Positions 38,831 through 49,816 of a DNA stretch of 64,000 nucleotides are shown piece after piece. The stretch is from Myxococcota bacterium (GTDB lineage Bacteria; Myxococcota_A; UBA9160; UBA4427), in NCBI GenBank assembly GCA_965250285.1, contig OZ252299.1, forward strand, positions 288,001 through 352,000, written 5' to 3'. A program made the position numbers and the translations under genes. Below the pieces are notes generated by a model that was given only the letters and a program-made list of their open reading frames with translations, was not told where the DNA came from and did no database searches. How positions within the stretch are numbered: position 1 is the stretch's first letter; every line of letters begins with the position of its first letter.

Positions 38831-40972
38831 TCAGGCCTCGGCCAGGCCGCGCACGTTGACGGGGATGGCGCTCTGCCGCGGGATGCCCGAGATGGGGTCG
38901 TACTCGCGCTCGACGTCGATCAGACGCGCCGTAGACGTCCCCAAGGCTTCGACATCGTCGTCTTCGCCCGGGGCCGCACCCCAGGCGTGGGCCATCGACA
39001 CGACGCCCGGCCGCACGTCGTCGGTGGCGGCGACGATGGCGCGCACACGGGCTCGGCTCGACTCGATCTCGACCGGCTGGCCATCGACGAGACCGAGGGT
39101 CTCGAGGTCGTCGGGGTGCATGTAGGCCGGGTTGTAGGGCCGCTTCGCGCGCAGCGAAGGCAGCTCGCGGCCGACCGAGTTGCAGACCTCGCGGAGGCGA
39201 CGCGAGATCAGCCGATGACTGAAGCCGGCGTCGCGGTCGGCGCCGTCCTCGATCTCGGCGTGGAGCGTCGCCAGCTCGGCGAGGGCGTCGGGGTTCGCCA
39301 GCGCGAGGGACGGTTTGGGCTCGCCGCGGTTGGGCGACACCGTCAGTGCCTCGGTCGGTGGAAAGAGCGCGCCGTGGGGATGCTTGCGCACCTCGTCGAG
39401 GGGCACGCGCGCCGGTGCGGTCACGAGGTCGAGGACGGCGTCGGTCGTCGGCCGTTCGTCGAGCGGCAGCGCGCCGCCGGGCATGGGAACCTCGGTGCCC
39501 ATGCGCGAAGCCAGCTCCCACACGAAGCCCCACTCTTCGGTCACCTCACTGCCCTTCGGCGGTTCGCAGACCTGAGGCGTGTACATCGCGTACGCCTCGG
39601 GCCACCAGGTATCCATCAGCGTCGTGGCGTCGGCGCGCTCGAGCGAGAGGGTGGGCGCGATGACGTAGTCGGCGAGTTTGGCCGTCGAGCCCATGAAGGG
39701 GTCGAGCACGACGAGCAGGTCGAGGGCCTGGAGCGCCTCGAGCGTCTTCAATTGGTCGGGCCACGCCATCATGGGGTTGCCGCCGAGCACGATGAGCGCG
39801 CGCACCTGGCCCTCGCCCGGCGTGAGAATCTCGTCGGCGAGCGCCGCGGTCGGCAGCTCACCCGCGATCTGTCCGAGCCCGCGAATGCGGCTCTGCGTGC
39901 CCATGCGATAGCCGGGCATCGGGGCGCTGGCGCCTTCGAAGGCCGGGCGCGCCGGCATCAGCGTGCCCGGGTTGGCGAGCTCCTCCCCGAGGCGATTCAC
40001 GCGCCCGCACAGCGTGTTCATGCAGAGGATCAGGTACTCGGTCAGGTTCGGGTACGGCGCCATCGACGGGCCGGTGCCCGAGCTGGCGAGGCCGCGCTTT
40101 CCGCCGGCGAAGCGCCGGGCGGCCTCGGTGACGAGATCGAACGAGAGGCCGGTGCGCCGCTCGACCATCTCGTTGGTGAACCCCGCGACCGCTCGGGCGA
40201 GCTCGTCGCGGCCCGTGGCCCACGTCGAGACGAAGTCGGCGTCTTCGAGGCCCTCTTCGAGGATCACGCGAATCATGCCCGCGAGCAGCGTCGCGTCTTC
40301 GCCCGGCTTCACCGGCAGGTAGAGGTCGGCCATCTTCGCGACGTCACTGCGGCGCGGATCGACGACGATCAGGTCGAGGCCGCGGCGCTTCGCGTCGCGC
40401 AGCCGCTTGGTCGGGTTGAACGAAGGAAAGCCCGACGTGCCGCCGTACATCGAGACGATCGAGTTGCAGCCGAAGACCATCCACACGTCGGACGTCGCGA
40501 ACGAGTGGGTGCCGCCCATCCAGCCGCCGTGCAGCTGGGGGGCGATCAGCTTGTTGGGCTGATCGATCGAGAGGCTGGTGTAGAAGCTCGGCGAGCCGAG
40601 ACCGGCCATCCACGCGCGGCCGACCGCGAGGCCGGTCGCGTTCTGATACGCCGCCGTCCCGCCATAGACGGCGACCGCGCGCGGGCCGTGTTCGGCGATG
40701 ATCGACTGCAGGCGCGAAGCGATGTCGTCACAGGCATCTCGCAACGCCACCGGTGAGAACGTGCCGTCGGCGTTGCGCTTCTGCGGGTGCAGTAGCCGAT
40801 CGGGGTGCGCGTGCTGTTCGGGCAGGGCGCGGCCCTTGATGCACGTGTATCCCTCGGACATCGGGTTCTGCTTGTCGCCGCGGACGCGCAGCGGTCGGCC
40901 GTCGTCATCGAGATCGACTTCGATCCCGCAGAAGGCGTGACAGAAACGACAGAACGAAGTGGTGGACGACAT
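38831..40972 (-). CDS. Molybdopterin-dependent oxidoreductase (DMSO reductase superfamily)
   Basis: CRFCHAFCG...CIKG 4Fe-4S site, HPDRL, VVDPRRS, PGEDA, C-terminal YMHPDD molydop-binding domain. Confidence 0.92.
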   Translation of the reverse strand: MSSTTSFCRFCHAFCGIEVDLDDDGRPLRVRGDKQNPMSEGYTCIKGRALPEQHAHPDRLLHPQKRNADGTFSPVALRDACDDIASRLQSIIAEHGPRAVAVYGGTAAYQNATGLAVGRAWMAGLGSPSFYTSLSIDQPNKLIAPQLHGGWMGGTHSFATSDVWMVFGCNSIVSMYGGTSGFPSFNPTKRLRDAKRRGLDLIVVDPRRSDVAKMADLYLPVKPGEDATLLAGMIRVILEEGLEDADFVSTWATGRDELARAVAGFTNEMVERRTGLSFDLVTEAARRFAGGKRGLASSGTGPSMAPYPNLTEYLILCMNTLCGRVNRLGEELANPGTLMPARPAFEGASAPMPGYRMGTQSRIRGLGQIAGELPTAALADEILTPGEGQVRALIVLGGNPMMAWPDQLKTLEALQALDLLVVLDPFMGSTAKLADYVIAPTLSLERADATTLMDTWWPEAYAMYTPQVCEPPKGSEVTEEWGFVWELASRMGTEVPMPGGALPLDERPTTDAVLDLVTAPARVPLDEVRKHPHGALFPPTEALTVSPNRGEPKPSLALANPDALAELATLHAEIEDGADRDAGFSHRLISRRLREVCNSVGRELPSLRAKRPYNPAYMHPDDLETLGLVDGQPVEIESSRARVRAIVAATDDVRPGVVSMAHAWGAAPGEDDDVEALGTSTARLIDVEREYDPISGIPRQSAIPVNVRGLAEA

Positions 40973-41027
40973 CGCGACTCCCTGCTTCGCCGTCCGGTGA
41001 AGCGACGGTTCGCTCGTTCGGCGGCGT

Positions 41028-41138
41028 GGCGCGGTCGCGAAATCGTACCATCAAGCGGTGGCGTGGCGCGGCCGCCCAATCGGTCGATCAAGCGCCGGCG
41101 CGGCGCGGTCGCGAAATCGTACCATCAAGCAGTGGCGT
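41028..41138. repeat. Three tandem 37-bp units
   Basis: Units 1 and 3 are GGCGCGGTCGCGAAATCGTACCATCAAGC(G/A)GTGGCGT; unit 2 is a degenerate copy. Confidence 0.8.
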
Positions 41139-43563
41139 CAGGGCGGCTCGAATCGAGCTCACCGCGCATCTTCACGACGCGCATCAGCGCGGGCGCCAGC
41201 ATCACGTCACACACGAACGCCACCAGACATGCGGCCCCCGCGAGTACGCCGAGCGACCTCGTGTTGCTGAAGCTGCCGAACGCCATCGTGAAGAAGCCCG
41301 AGGCCAGCACGAGCGTCGTCACGAGCATCGCGCTGCCCGTGGTCGAGAGCGTCTCGCGCACCGCGGGCGCAAATTCGCCGCCGCGGGCGTAGTACGTGCG
41401 AAATTTGTGCATGAAGTGGATCGTATCGTCCACGCTGATGCCGATGACCATCGCGCCGATCATCATCGTCGTCGAGTCGAGCTTGATGCCGGCCCAGCCC
41501 ATGATGCCGAGGGTGCAGATGACGGGCAGCAGGTTGGGGATCATGGCCACCAGGCCGAGCCGCAGGCTGCCGAGCAGCAGCATCATGATCGGCGTGATCG
41601 CGGCCAGGGCGAACACGTACGAACGACCCATGCTGACGAGCACGGCGCTGATCGCCTCGGCGAGCACGGCGATCACGCCCGTACTCTCGATCCCGACGTC
41701 GGGGCCCAGGCGCTCGCGGACGCCTGTGCGAATCTCGTCGAGGAAAGGGCCGTAGAGCAGGGCATCGACCCACGGCACGCGCAGCGTCAGGCGCGTTTCA
41801 CGAAAGGTCGGATCGACGATCTCCTCGAGATCATCGTTGCCGCTCTGCTCGAAGAGCAGCAGCTCCTGCGCGACGAGGGCGCGGTCGTCGGGGATCACGG
41901 CCATCTCGGGGCGGTCTTCGTTGAGCGCCCGGTGGATCTCTTTCACGACGTCGGCGAGTGACGTCGCCTTGCCGACTTCGACCGGGCCGGTGCGGTGGGC
42001 TTCGGCCCAAGCCGCGGCATCCTCGATGCGACGAAGCAGGGCCGGATCCTTCAGCCCGTCGGCCTCGCCGCTGTCGATCACGATCTCCATCGAGATCGCA
42101 CCGCCGAGCTCGCCGTCGATCACCTCGTGATAGAGCAGCATGGGCTCGTCGTCGGGAAACCAGTTGAGCGGGCTGTGCGACACCTCGAGCCGCATGATGC
42201 CGAGGACGGCGCCGGCGACGATCACGCCGCTCCCCGCGATCACCGTCCACGGGCGCCGGACCGAGAAGTCTCCCATCGCGAGCAGCCATCCGCGTGCTGC
42301 ACCCACCGCGCCCGTGTGCTTGGGCGCGCGTGCGCGCAGGGGCAGCATCGCGAGCAGGGCCGGCAGCAACACCGCGGTGTAGACGAAGGCGAGCATCACA
42401 CCGATCGGTGCGATCACGCCGAGATCGGCGATCACGGCGAGCTCCGCCGTGATGAACGACGCCATGCCGGCCGCGGTGGTCACGCTCGTCATCAACACGG
42501 CGAGCCCCGAGTGCCCCATCGCCCAGACGATCGCGTCATCTCGGGCGTCGCCGGCATCGAGTCGCTGGTACACGATCGTGAGGATGTGCACGGCGTCGCA
42601 GACCCCGACGGTCAGGAGAAAGACGGGCAGGATCTGCGACGAAACGCTGCCCGGCAGTCCGAGCCAGACCATGATGCCCAGGCTCGTCAGCAGCGACAGC
42701 GTGACCACGAGCACCGGCAGCACCACGCCCGATGCGCGCCGAAAGAGCAGGCCGAGCAGCAAGATGATCGTGGCGAGCGCGAGGGGGAAGAAGACGCCCA
42801 GATCCTGCGTCACGCCGCGGTTGATCGTGTCGGTGAGCGGCAGCGCGCCCGCGTGGTAGAGCACGAAGTCGTCACCCTCGTGGGCTTCGAGCACGGCGCG
42901 CAGCGCCACCATCAGCTCGTCGTTCTCGGGCGCCGTGAGCACTTCGGGCTCGGCCTCGGTGCCGGGCTCGCCGTCGAAGCCCGCGAGGGCGTCGCCCACC
43001 GCGTCCGGCTGGTCGGCCACCGACCACATGAACGGCTTGACGAGCAGCGTCGTGAGGTCGCCGCCGCTGCTGATCAGGGTCTGCTCGTAGAGCGGGTTCG
43101 ACAGCGCGCGCGCGCGCAGCGCCTGACGTTCCGCATTCGTCTCGGGCCAGGTCTCCATCAGCTCGCCGACGATCAGGGTGTCTCCGTCGCCGCGGGTGTC
43201 GCGTGCATTCACGAGGCTGCGCACCTCGTCGACGTAGGGCACCTCCGACTCGAGCGCCTCGTGGAGCGCCCTCAGTCGCTCGAGGCTGTCGGCCGAGAAG
43301 ACGTCCGGCGTGCGGGCGGCGACGATGATCCAGTCGTCACGCCCGTAGCGGTCGCGAAACGAGTCGAGCGCCACGACCACGGGCGCGTCGTCGTGCAGGA
43401 ACGCTTCGACCGAGTTGTCCATGTGAAGCTGCGGCAGCGCGGTCATCGAAGCGCCGGCGAACGCGATCGATGCGGCCACGGCGAGGAACCGATGCCGCAC
43501 GACGAGCCGGGTCCATTCGGTGAAGGCGCGTTCGAAGCCGTCGGTCGCGCTGCGTGTCGACAT
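41125..43563 (-). CDS. MMPL/RND family transporter
   Basis: Two TM repeats with VGVCDAVHI and GISVDDTIHF; large periplasmic loops. Confidence 0.9.
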   Translation of the reverse strand: MSTRSATDGFERAFTEWTRLVVRHRFLAVAASIAFAGASMTALPQLHMDNSVEAFLHDDAPVVVALDSFRDRYGRDDWIIVAARTPDVFSADSLERLRALHEALESEVPYVDEVRSLVNARDTRGDGDTLIVGELMETWPETNAERQALRARALSNPLYEQTLISSGGDLTTLLVKPFMWSVADQPDAVGDALAGFDGEPGTEAEPEVLTAPENDELMVALRAVLEAHEGDDFVLYHAGALPLTDTINRGVTQDLGVFFPLALATIILLLGLLFRRASGVVLPVLVVTLSLLTSLGIMVWLGLPGSVSSQILPVFLLTVGVCDAVHILTIVYQRLDAGDARDDAIVWAMGHSGLAVLMTSVTTAAGMASFITAELAVIADLGVIAPIGVMLAFVYTAVLLPALLAMLPLRARAPKHTGAVGAARGWLLAMGDFSVRRPWTVIAGSGVIVAGAVLGIMRLEVSHSPLNWFPDDEPMLLYHEVIDGELGGAISMEIVIDSGEADGLKDPALLRRIEDAAAWAEAHRTGPVEVGKATSLADVVKEIHRALNEDRPEMAVIPDDRALVAQELLLFEQSGNDDLEEIVDPTFRETRLTLRVPWVDALLYGPFLDEIRTGVRERLGPDVGIESTGVIAVLAEAISAVLVSMGRSYVFALAAITPIMMLLLGSLRLGLVAMIPNLLPVICTLGIMGWAGIKLDSTTMMIGAMVIGISVDDTIHFMHKFRTYYARGGEFAPAVRETLSTTGSAMLVTTLVLASGFFTMAFGSFSNTRSLGVLAGAACLVAFVCDVMLAPALMRVVKMRGELDSSRPDATA

Positions 43564-43886
43564 GGTCGTGCCCCTGTTGCTCCGCGCGCGGTCGACGCCG
43601 GAGCCATCGGGCGCCCAGCCTATTCGTGAGGAAAGGATCGCTCGCGCAGCATACGGCTGCGCACGCGACACCGAGCCGTGGCCGTCTCGCGGTGGCGAAG
43701 CAGAGCGCGTGCGGCAGCCGGGCTGCAACGCCTTGGGGCACCGCGTCGGAATGGACACGGTCGCCGGGCGCGGATGCATTCGCATCGTCTCGCGCGTCGC
43801 CTAGATTTGCGCCTCGATCCGCGATCCGCCCCGTGCGGTTCGCTCGCCCCCCGGCACGGCCGCGCCGTGCCTTCGAGGAGACGCCC

Positions 43887-44864
43887 GTGGCCCACCCGAG
43901 ACCGTTCCAGTTCGGTGTACAGAGCTTCAGCGCCGACAGCGCCACCCAGTGGAAGGATCGCGCCCGCCGCGCCGAAGACCTCGGGTACTACGCGCTCACC
44001 CTCGCCGATCACTTCCTGGGCCCAGGACCCGCGCTCGACAGCACGATGCATCCCCTCCAGACGCTCGCCCCCGTGCCGGCGATGACGCTCGCCGCCGAGG
44101 TGACGTCGACGCTGCGCATCGGCAGCCGGGTCTTCTGCATGGACTACCGGCACCCGGTGATGCTGGCCAAGGAGGCGGCGACGCTCGATCTGCTCTCCGA
44201 GGGGCGCCTCGACTTCGGGATCGGCGCCGGCTGGCTGAAGGCCGAGTACGAAGCCGCCGGCATGACCTTCGATCGTCCCGGCCTGCGCATCTCGCGCCTC
44301 GAGGAATCGATCGCGTTGATCAAGCAGATCTGGAGTGGCGAGCCCGTCGATCACCACGGCGAGTTCTTCGAGGCGACGGGCTTCACCGGTGCGCCCGTGC
44401 CATCGGCTGCGTCGAACATCCGCTGGATGGTGGGTGGGGGTGGCAAGCGCGTATTGACGGTTGCCGCGAGAGAGGCCGACATCGTCAGCTTCAACTTCGA
44501 CAATCGGTCGGGGGTTCTCGGCAAGGAGGGCGCGCTCAGCGGTACGCCCGAACGCACCGCCGAGAAGATCGGTTGGGTGCGTGACGCAGCGGGCGATCGC
44601 TTCGACGATCTCGTGCTCGAGATCGGCGCCTACTTCACCTTCGTGATGGACGATCCCACGCCGGTCGCCGAGGGTATGGGGGGCCTCTTCGGTTTGAGCG
44701 CCGAAGAGATGGTGAAGCATCCGCACGCCCTGATGGGCGGGGTGGACGCGATCTGCGACGAGCTCGAGCGCCGACGCGAGGAGTTCGGTCTGCACTACTT
44801 CACGGTGGGCGACGAGCAGTTCGAAGCCTTCGCGCCCGTCGTCGCGCGCCTCGCCGGCAAGTAG
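43887..44864 (+). CDS. F420-dependent LLM oxidoreductase (TIGR03621-like)
   Basis: RPFQFGV, DYRHPVMLAKEAATLDLLSEGR, GAGWLKAEY; GAGGAG RBS before GTG. Confidence 0.9.
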   Translation: MAHPRPFQFGVQSFSADSATQWKDRARRAEDLGYYALTLADHFLGPGPALDSTMHPLQTLAPVPAMTLAAEVTSTLRIGSRVFCMDYRHPVMLAKEAATLDLLSEGRLDFGIGAGWLKAEYEAAGMTFDRPGLRISRLEESIALIKQIWSGEPVDHHGEFFEATGFTGAPVPSAASNIRWMVGGGGKRVLTVAAREADIVSFNFDNRSGVLGKEGALSGTPERTAEKIGWVRDAAGDRFDDLVLEIGAYFTFVMDDPTPVAEGMGGLFGLSAEEMVKHPHALMGGVDAICDELERRREEFGLHYFTVGDEQFEAFAPVVARLAGK

Positions 44865-44891
44865 CCGAGGCACTGCGTCGGGAGCGCGTCG

Positions 44892-46127
44892 TCAGCTACG
44901 GAAGAGCGCGCGCAGCGCGTCGGCCAAAGCGACGTAGTCGTCGGGCTCGTTGTAGAGCGCAGCCGATATTCGGATCAAGCGGCCGGGATGCGCGTCGCAG
45001 CCGAAGACCGGCACCTCGATGCCGTCGCTCTCGAGCAGGCGAGCGCGCACGGGGTCGCGCTCGATTGCCGATCGCGCGGTCGCATCGCCGAAGGCCCCGC
45101 CCGGTGGCAGCGGCAGCGTCGCCATGCATCCGATCATCTCGTCGCCGCACGGCGCCTCGATGTCGAGGGCCTCGCACAGCTGATCGCGCCCGAAGATCGC
45201 GAGTGCGTGATTGCGCCGGCGAATCTCGGGCCAGCCGCCCTCGACGAGCGCGCCCAGCGTCTCGATCACGGCCGGAACGCAGAGCGCGGCGGTCGGGTCG
45301 ACGGTGCCGGGCCAGTCGAACTCGGCATGGAAGCGCTCGCTCGGCTCGTCGAGGCCGTGTCCGTGGCTGACGATGGCGTTGTGGGTGTCGGCCACGCGGT
45401 CGGCGCGGGCCCAGAGAAAGCCTGCGCTCTTCGGTGCGCAGAGCCATTTGTGACAGTTGCCGGCATACCAGGCCGGCGCGAGCGCTTCGATGTCGAGGCC
45501 GACCTGGCCCGGCGCATGGGCGCCGTCGACGATCACGTCGATGCCCCGCGCATCGAGCGTGCGCACGATGCGCTCGATCGGCAGGATCAGCGCAGTCTGG
45601 CTGGTGACGTGATCGACGATGGCGACCCGCGTGCGTTCAGTGACCGCAGCGAGCAGACCGTCGACCACCGCGTCGTCGTCGACACCGACGAAGGGCAGGT
45701 CGGCGACGACGCAGCACGCGCCCGCGCGGCGCGACAGCACCTCGGCGATCTGTCGCGTGGCGTTGTACTCGTGGTTCGTCACGAGCACCTCGTCGCCGGG
45801 CTGCAGCGCGACCGACCCGAGGGCCGAGTTGAGCGCGACGGTGACGTTCGTCGTGAAGACGAGCCGCTCGGCGTCGGCGCCGATGAACGCGCCGAGTGCC
45901 CGCCGGGCCACGCGCAGGCGCGGTGCGATCTCGGCGTAAAACGCACCGGGCTGGCGCTCGAGCTCGTCGCGCAGCTCGATCTGCGTCGCGAGTACCTTCC
46001 GCGGGCAGGCGCCGTACGACGCGTGGTTCAGGTGTACGACCTCGGGATCGAGCTGCCAGTGCGGTCGAAGACCACCTGCGAGCGCGCTGCTCGCGATCTG
46101 CGTCGTCGTCGTTTCGCCTGCGCTCAT
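44892..46127 (-). CDS. Class V PLP aminotransferase (isopenicillin-N epimerase/C-S lyase-like)
   Basis: LNHASYGA, DHVTSQTA, DGAHAPG, GNCHKWLCAPK. Confidence 0.88.
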   Translation of the reverse strand: MSAGETTTTQIASSALAGGLRPHWQLDPEVVHLNHASYGACPRKVLATQIELRDELERQPGAFYAEIAPRLRVARRALGAFIGADAERLVFTTNVTVALNSALGSVALQPGDEVLVTNHEYNATRQIAEVLSRRAGACCVVADLPFVGVDDDAVVDGLLAAVTERTRVAIVDHVTSQTALILPIERIVRTLDARGIDVIVDGAHAPGQVGLDIEALAPAWYAGNCHKWLCAPKSAGFLWARADRVADTHNAIVSHGHGLDEPSERFHAEFDWPGTVDPTAALCVPAVIETLGALVEGGWPEIRRRNHALAIFGRDQLCEALDIEAPCGDEMIGCMATLPLPPGGAFGDATARSAIERDPVRARLLESDGIEVPVFGCDAHPGRLIRISAALYNEPDDYVALADALRALFRS

Positions 46128-46192
46128 CGATTCTTCCCGACTTCGGCGACGCCGTGTCGCGCTCGCCCGATGATCGCACAGCGCGCTCCTAG

Positions 46193-47476
<1,284 letters not shown>

Positions 47477-47486
47477 GAGCCTCGCG

Positions 47487-48647
47487 ATGGAGTTCGAATG
47501 GGAGCCCGAGTACCGCACGTTCAGGGACGAGCTGCGTGCCTTCATCGGAGAATGGCGGACGCCCGAGCTGCTGAAGGAGTACGCCGAAACCTACGGTGCT
47601 GGCGGTGACCGGATCCACGCCTTTCACCGGGCGATGGACGAGCGGGGCTACATGCGCATGTGCTGGGCACCCGAGTACGGCGGCGACGGCCGGAACCTGC
47701 TCTATCAGTACATCTTCGTCGAAGAGATGGAGTACTGGGGCATGCCGTACGGCAACCTCACCTTCACGTCGATCGCGCCGGCGATCCAGGCCTTCGGCAC
47801 TGAAGCGCAGAAGAGTGAGTGGCTCCCGGGGATCTACAAGGGCGAGCTCACGTTCGCGATCGGCTACAGCGAGCCGAATGCGGGCACCGACCTCGCGAGC
47901 TTGCGCACCCGGGCCGAGCGAGACGGCGACGAGTGGGTCATCAACGGCCAGAAGATCTGGACCTCACTCGCCGACGTCTCGACGCACATCTGGCTCGCCG
48001 CCCGCACCGACGCCGACGCGGCCAAGCACGCCGGCATCTCGTTGATCGTCGTCCCGACCCAGAGCGAGGGCGTGACGATCCGACCGCTCTACACGATGTA
48101 CGGCGGCCACACGTGCGAGACGTTCTACGACGACGTGCGCGTGCCGGTGACGAACCTCGTCGGTCCCGAGAATGGTGGCTGGGGGATCATCATGCACGCC
48201 CTCAACCACGAGCGCGTTGCGCTCGCCGCGACGGGGGCGCTGGCGCGCATCTTCGATCAACTCGTGGCGCATCTCGAGGCCGAGCGCCCCGGCCAGCTCG
48301 AGGATCCGCGCACGCGCCTGCGCCTCGCCGAGCTCGAGCTGGAGATCCGAGAGCATCGCGCGCTCGCACTGCAGAACGCTTGGATCATCGCCCAGGGCGG
48401 GACGCCCATCGCCGAGGCGTCCATGGCGAAGGTCTCGGGCACCGAGCTGCGCACGCGCCTTGCGAGCGCGGCGATGGATCTGCTCGGGCGACGGGGCAGC
48501 ATCACCGCCGAGTCGGGGGATGCCGCGCCCTTCGAAGGGCGCGCCGAGTTCAACTACCGCCTCTCTCCGATCTTCCGCTTCGGCGGTGGCACGAACGAGG
48601 TGCAGCGAGACATCGTGGCCGGCGCCGGCCTCGGGATGCCGCGCTGA
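47487..48647 (+). CDS. Acyl-CoA dehydrogenase (FadE26/ChsE4-like catalytic subunit)
   Basis: FAIGYSEPNAGTDLASLRT, INGQKIWTS, LNHERV, FGGGTNEVQRD. Confidence 0.88.
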   Translation: MEFEWEPEYRTFRDELRAFIGEWRTPELLKEYAETYGAGGDRIHAFHRAMDERGYMRMCWAPEYGGDGRNLLYQYIFVEEMEYWGMPYGNLTFTSIAPAIQAFGTEAQKSEWLPGIYKGELTFAIGYSEPNAGTDLASLRTRAERDGDEWVINGQKIWTSLADVSTHIWLAARTDADAAKHAGISLIVVPTQSEGVTIRPLYTMYGGHTCETFYDDVRVPVTNLVGPENGGWGIIMHALNHERVALAATGALARIFDQLVAHLEAERPGQLEDPRTRLRLAELELEIREHRALALQNAWIIAQGGTPIAEASMAKVSGTELRTRLASAAMDLLGRRGSITAESGDAAPFEGRAEFNYRLSPIFRFGGGTNEVQRDIVAGAGLGMPR

Positions 48648-48657
48648 GGAGGCCGTG

Positions 48658-49749
48658 ATGGATCTCGAGCTCACCGAGACGCAGTCGCTCCTGCGCGACA
48701 CCGTGACCCAGTACCTCGAGCAGGAGGTGCCGTTCGATCGCATCCGCGAGCTCGAGCGCGAACGGCGCAGCGACGAAGCCCTCTGGAAGGCGGTGTGCGA
48801 GCAGGGTTGGATCGGGGTTTCGATCGGCGAGACGTTCGGCGGCGTCGGTGGTTCGCTCGTCGATCTCGGGCTGGTCGTCGAAGCGATCGCGCGCAGAGCG
48901 GCGCTGGTGCCGATTCTCGAGGTGGCGACGTGCGCGTGGGTCATCGAGCGCAGCGCCCACGAGGACGTCGCCCGCCGTCTGCTCGGCGGGATCCTCGAGG
49001 GCAGCGTGGTCGTCGTGCCCGCGCTGCTCGAAGACGGTGATCGCTTCGACGAATGCGCCACGACGTGGACCGCCGAAGGCGCCGTGGACGGTCACAAGAC
49101 CTTCGTCGATCACGCCGAGATCGCGACGCATCACCTGGTGCGTGCCGTCGGGCCCGAGGGTCCGGTGTTGGCGCTCGTCGATGCGCGAGCCGACGGCGTC
49201 GCGATGACGTCGCTCGCCAACGTCGGCTGGACCCCGTCGTCGCGCGTCGTCTATGCGGGGGCTCCCGGCGAGGTGGTCGCAGCCGGCGACGACGCGGTGG
49301 CGGCATTGCTGCGGCTCGGCCGCGCGCTGGCCGCCGTGCAGATCGTCGGCTCGATGGCCTCGAGTCTCGACGGCTCGGTCGAGTACGCCAAGGTGCGCGA
49401 GCAGTTCGGAAAGCCGATCGGCAGCTTCCAGGCCGTCCGCCATCATGCGGCGAACATGGCGAGCCGGGTGGCGAGCGCGCGCCTGCTCTCATTCGAAGCG
49501 CTCTCGCGCATCGACGCGGGCGTCGCCGCCGATCGCGAGGTCGCCGCTGCCAAGGCGTCCGCCTCGCGAGCTGCGCCCGAGGTCACGATGCTCGCGCATC
49601 AGATCTTCGGAGGGAACGGCGTCATCCTCGAGAACGACCACTACTTCTTCACGCTGCGGGCCCGCGAGCGGGCCAGCGCCTGGGGCACGGTCGACGAGTG
49701 CCTCGCCGTGCTCGCGAGCGACGTGCGCGCCGACCAGGACTGGCTCTGA
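48658..49749 (+). CDS. Acyl-CoA dehydrogenase partner subunit (FadE27/ChsE5-like)
   Basis: REQFGKPIGSFQAV, AHQIFGGNG; N-terminal FAD motif is divergent, as is typical of beta subunits. Confidence 0.85.
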   Translation: MDLELTETQSLLRDTVTQYLEQEVPFDRIRELERERRSDEALWKAVCEQGWIGVSIGETFGGVGGSLVDLGLVVEAIARRAALVPILEVATCAWVIERSAHEDVARRLLGGILEGSVVVVPALLEDGDRFDECATTWTAEGAVDGHKTFVDHAEIATHHLVRAVGPEGPVLALVDARADGVAMTSLANVGWTPSSRVVYAGAPGEVVAAGDDAVAALLRLGRALAAVQIVGSMASSLDGSVEYAKVREQFGKPIGSFQAVRHHAANMASRVASARLLSFEALSRIDAGVAADREVAAAKASASRAAPEVTMLAHQIFGGNGVILENDHYFFTLRARERASAWGTVDECLAVLASDVRADQDWL

Positions 49750-49816
49750 GCCAAGTCGTCCGTCGTCTGGATTGACATCGAACCGCGTACGCCACCGCGC
49801 GCGGATGGAGGACCGA

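Noticed and set aside
38831..40972. Molybdopterin oxidoreductase as a second selenoprotein or formate dehydrogenase
   Set aside because: The frame has no in-frame UGA and no recognisable FDH C/U-H motif
41028..41138. Possible mini-CRISPR (37-bp repeat, 37-bp spacer, repeat)
   Set aside because: The 'spacer' is a degenerate copy of the repeat, the repeat overlaps a coding 3' end, and no cas genes are present
49772..49800. TTGACA upstream of the enoyl-CoA hydratase
   Set aside because: No plausible -10 element 16-18 bp downstream
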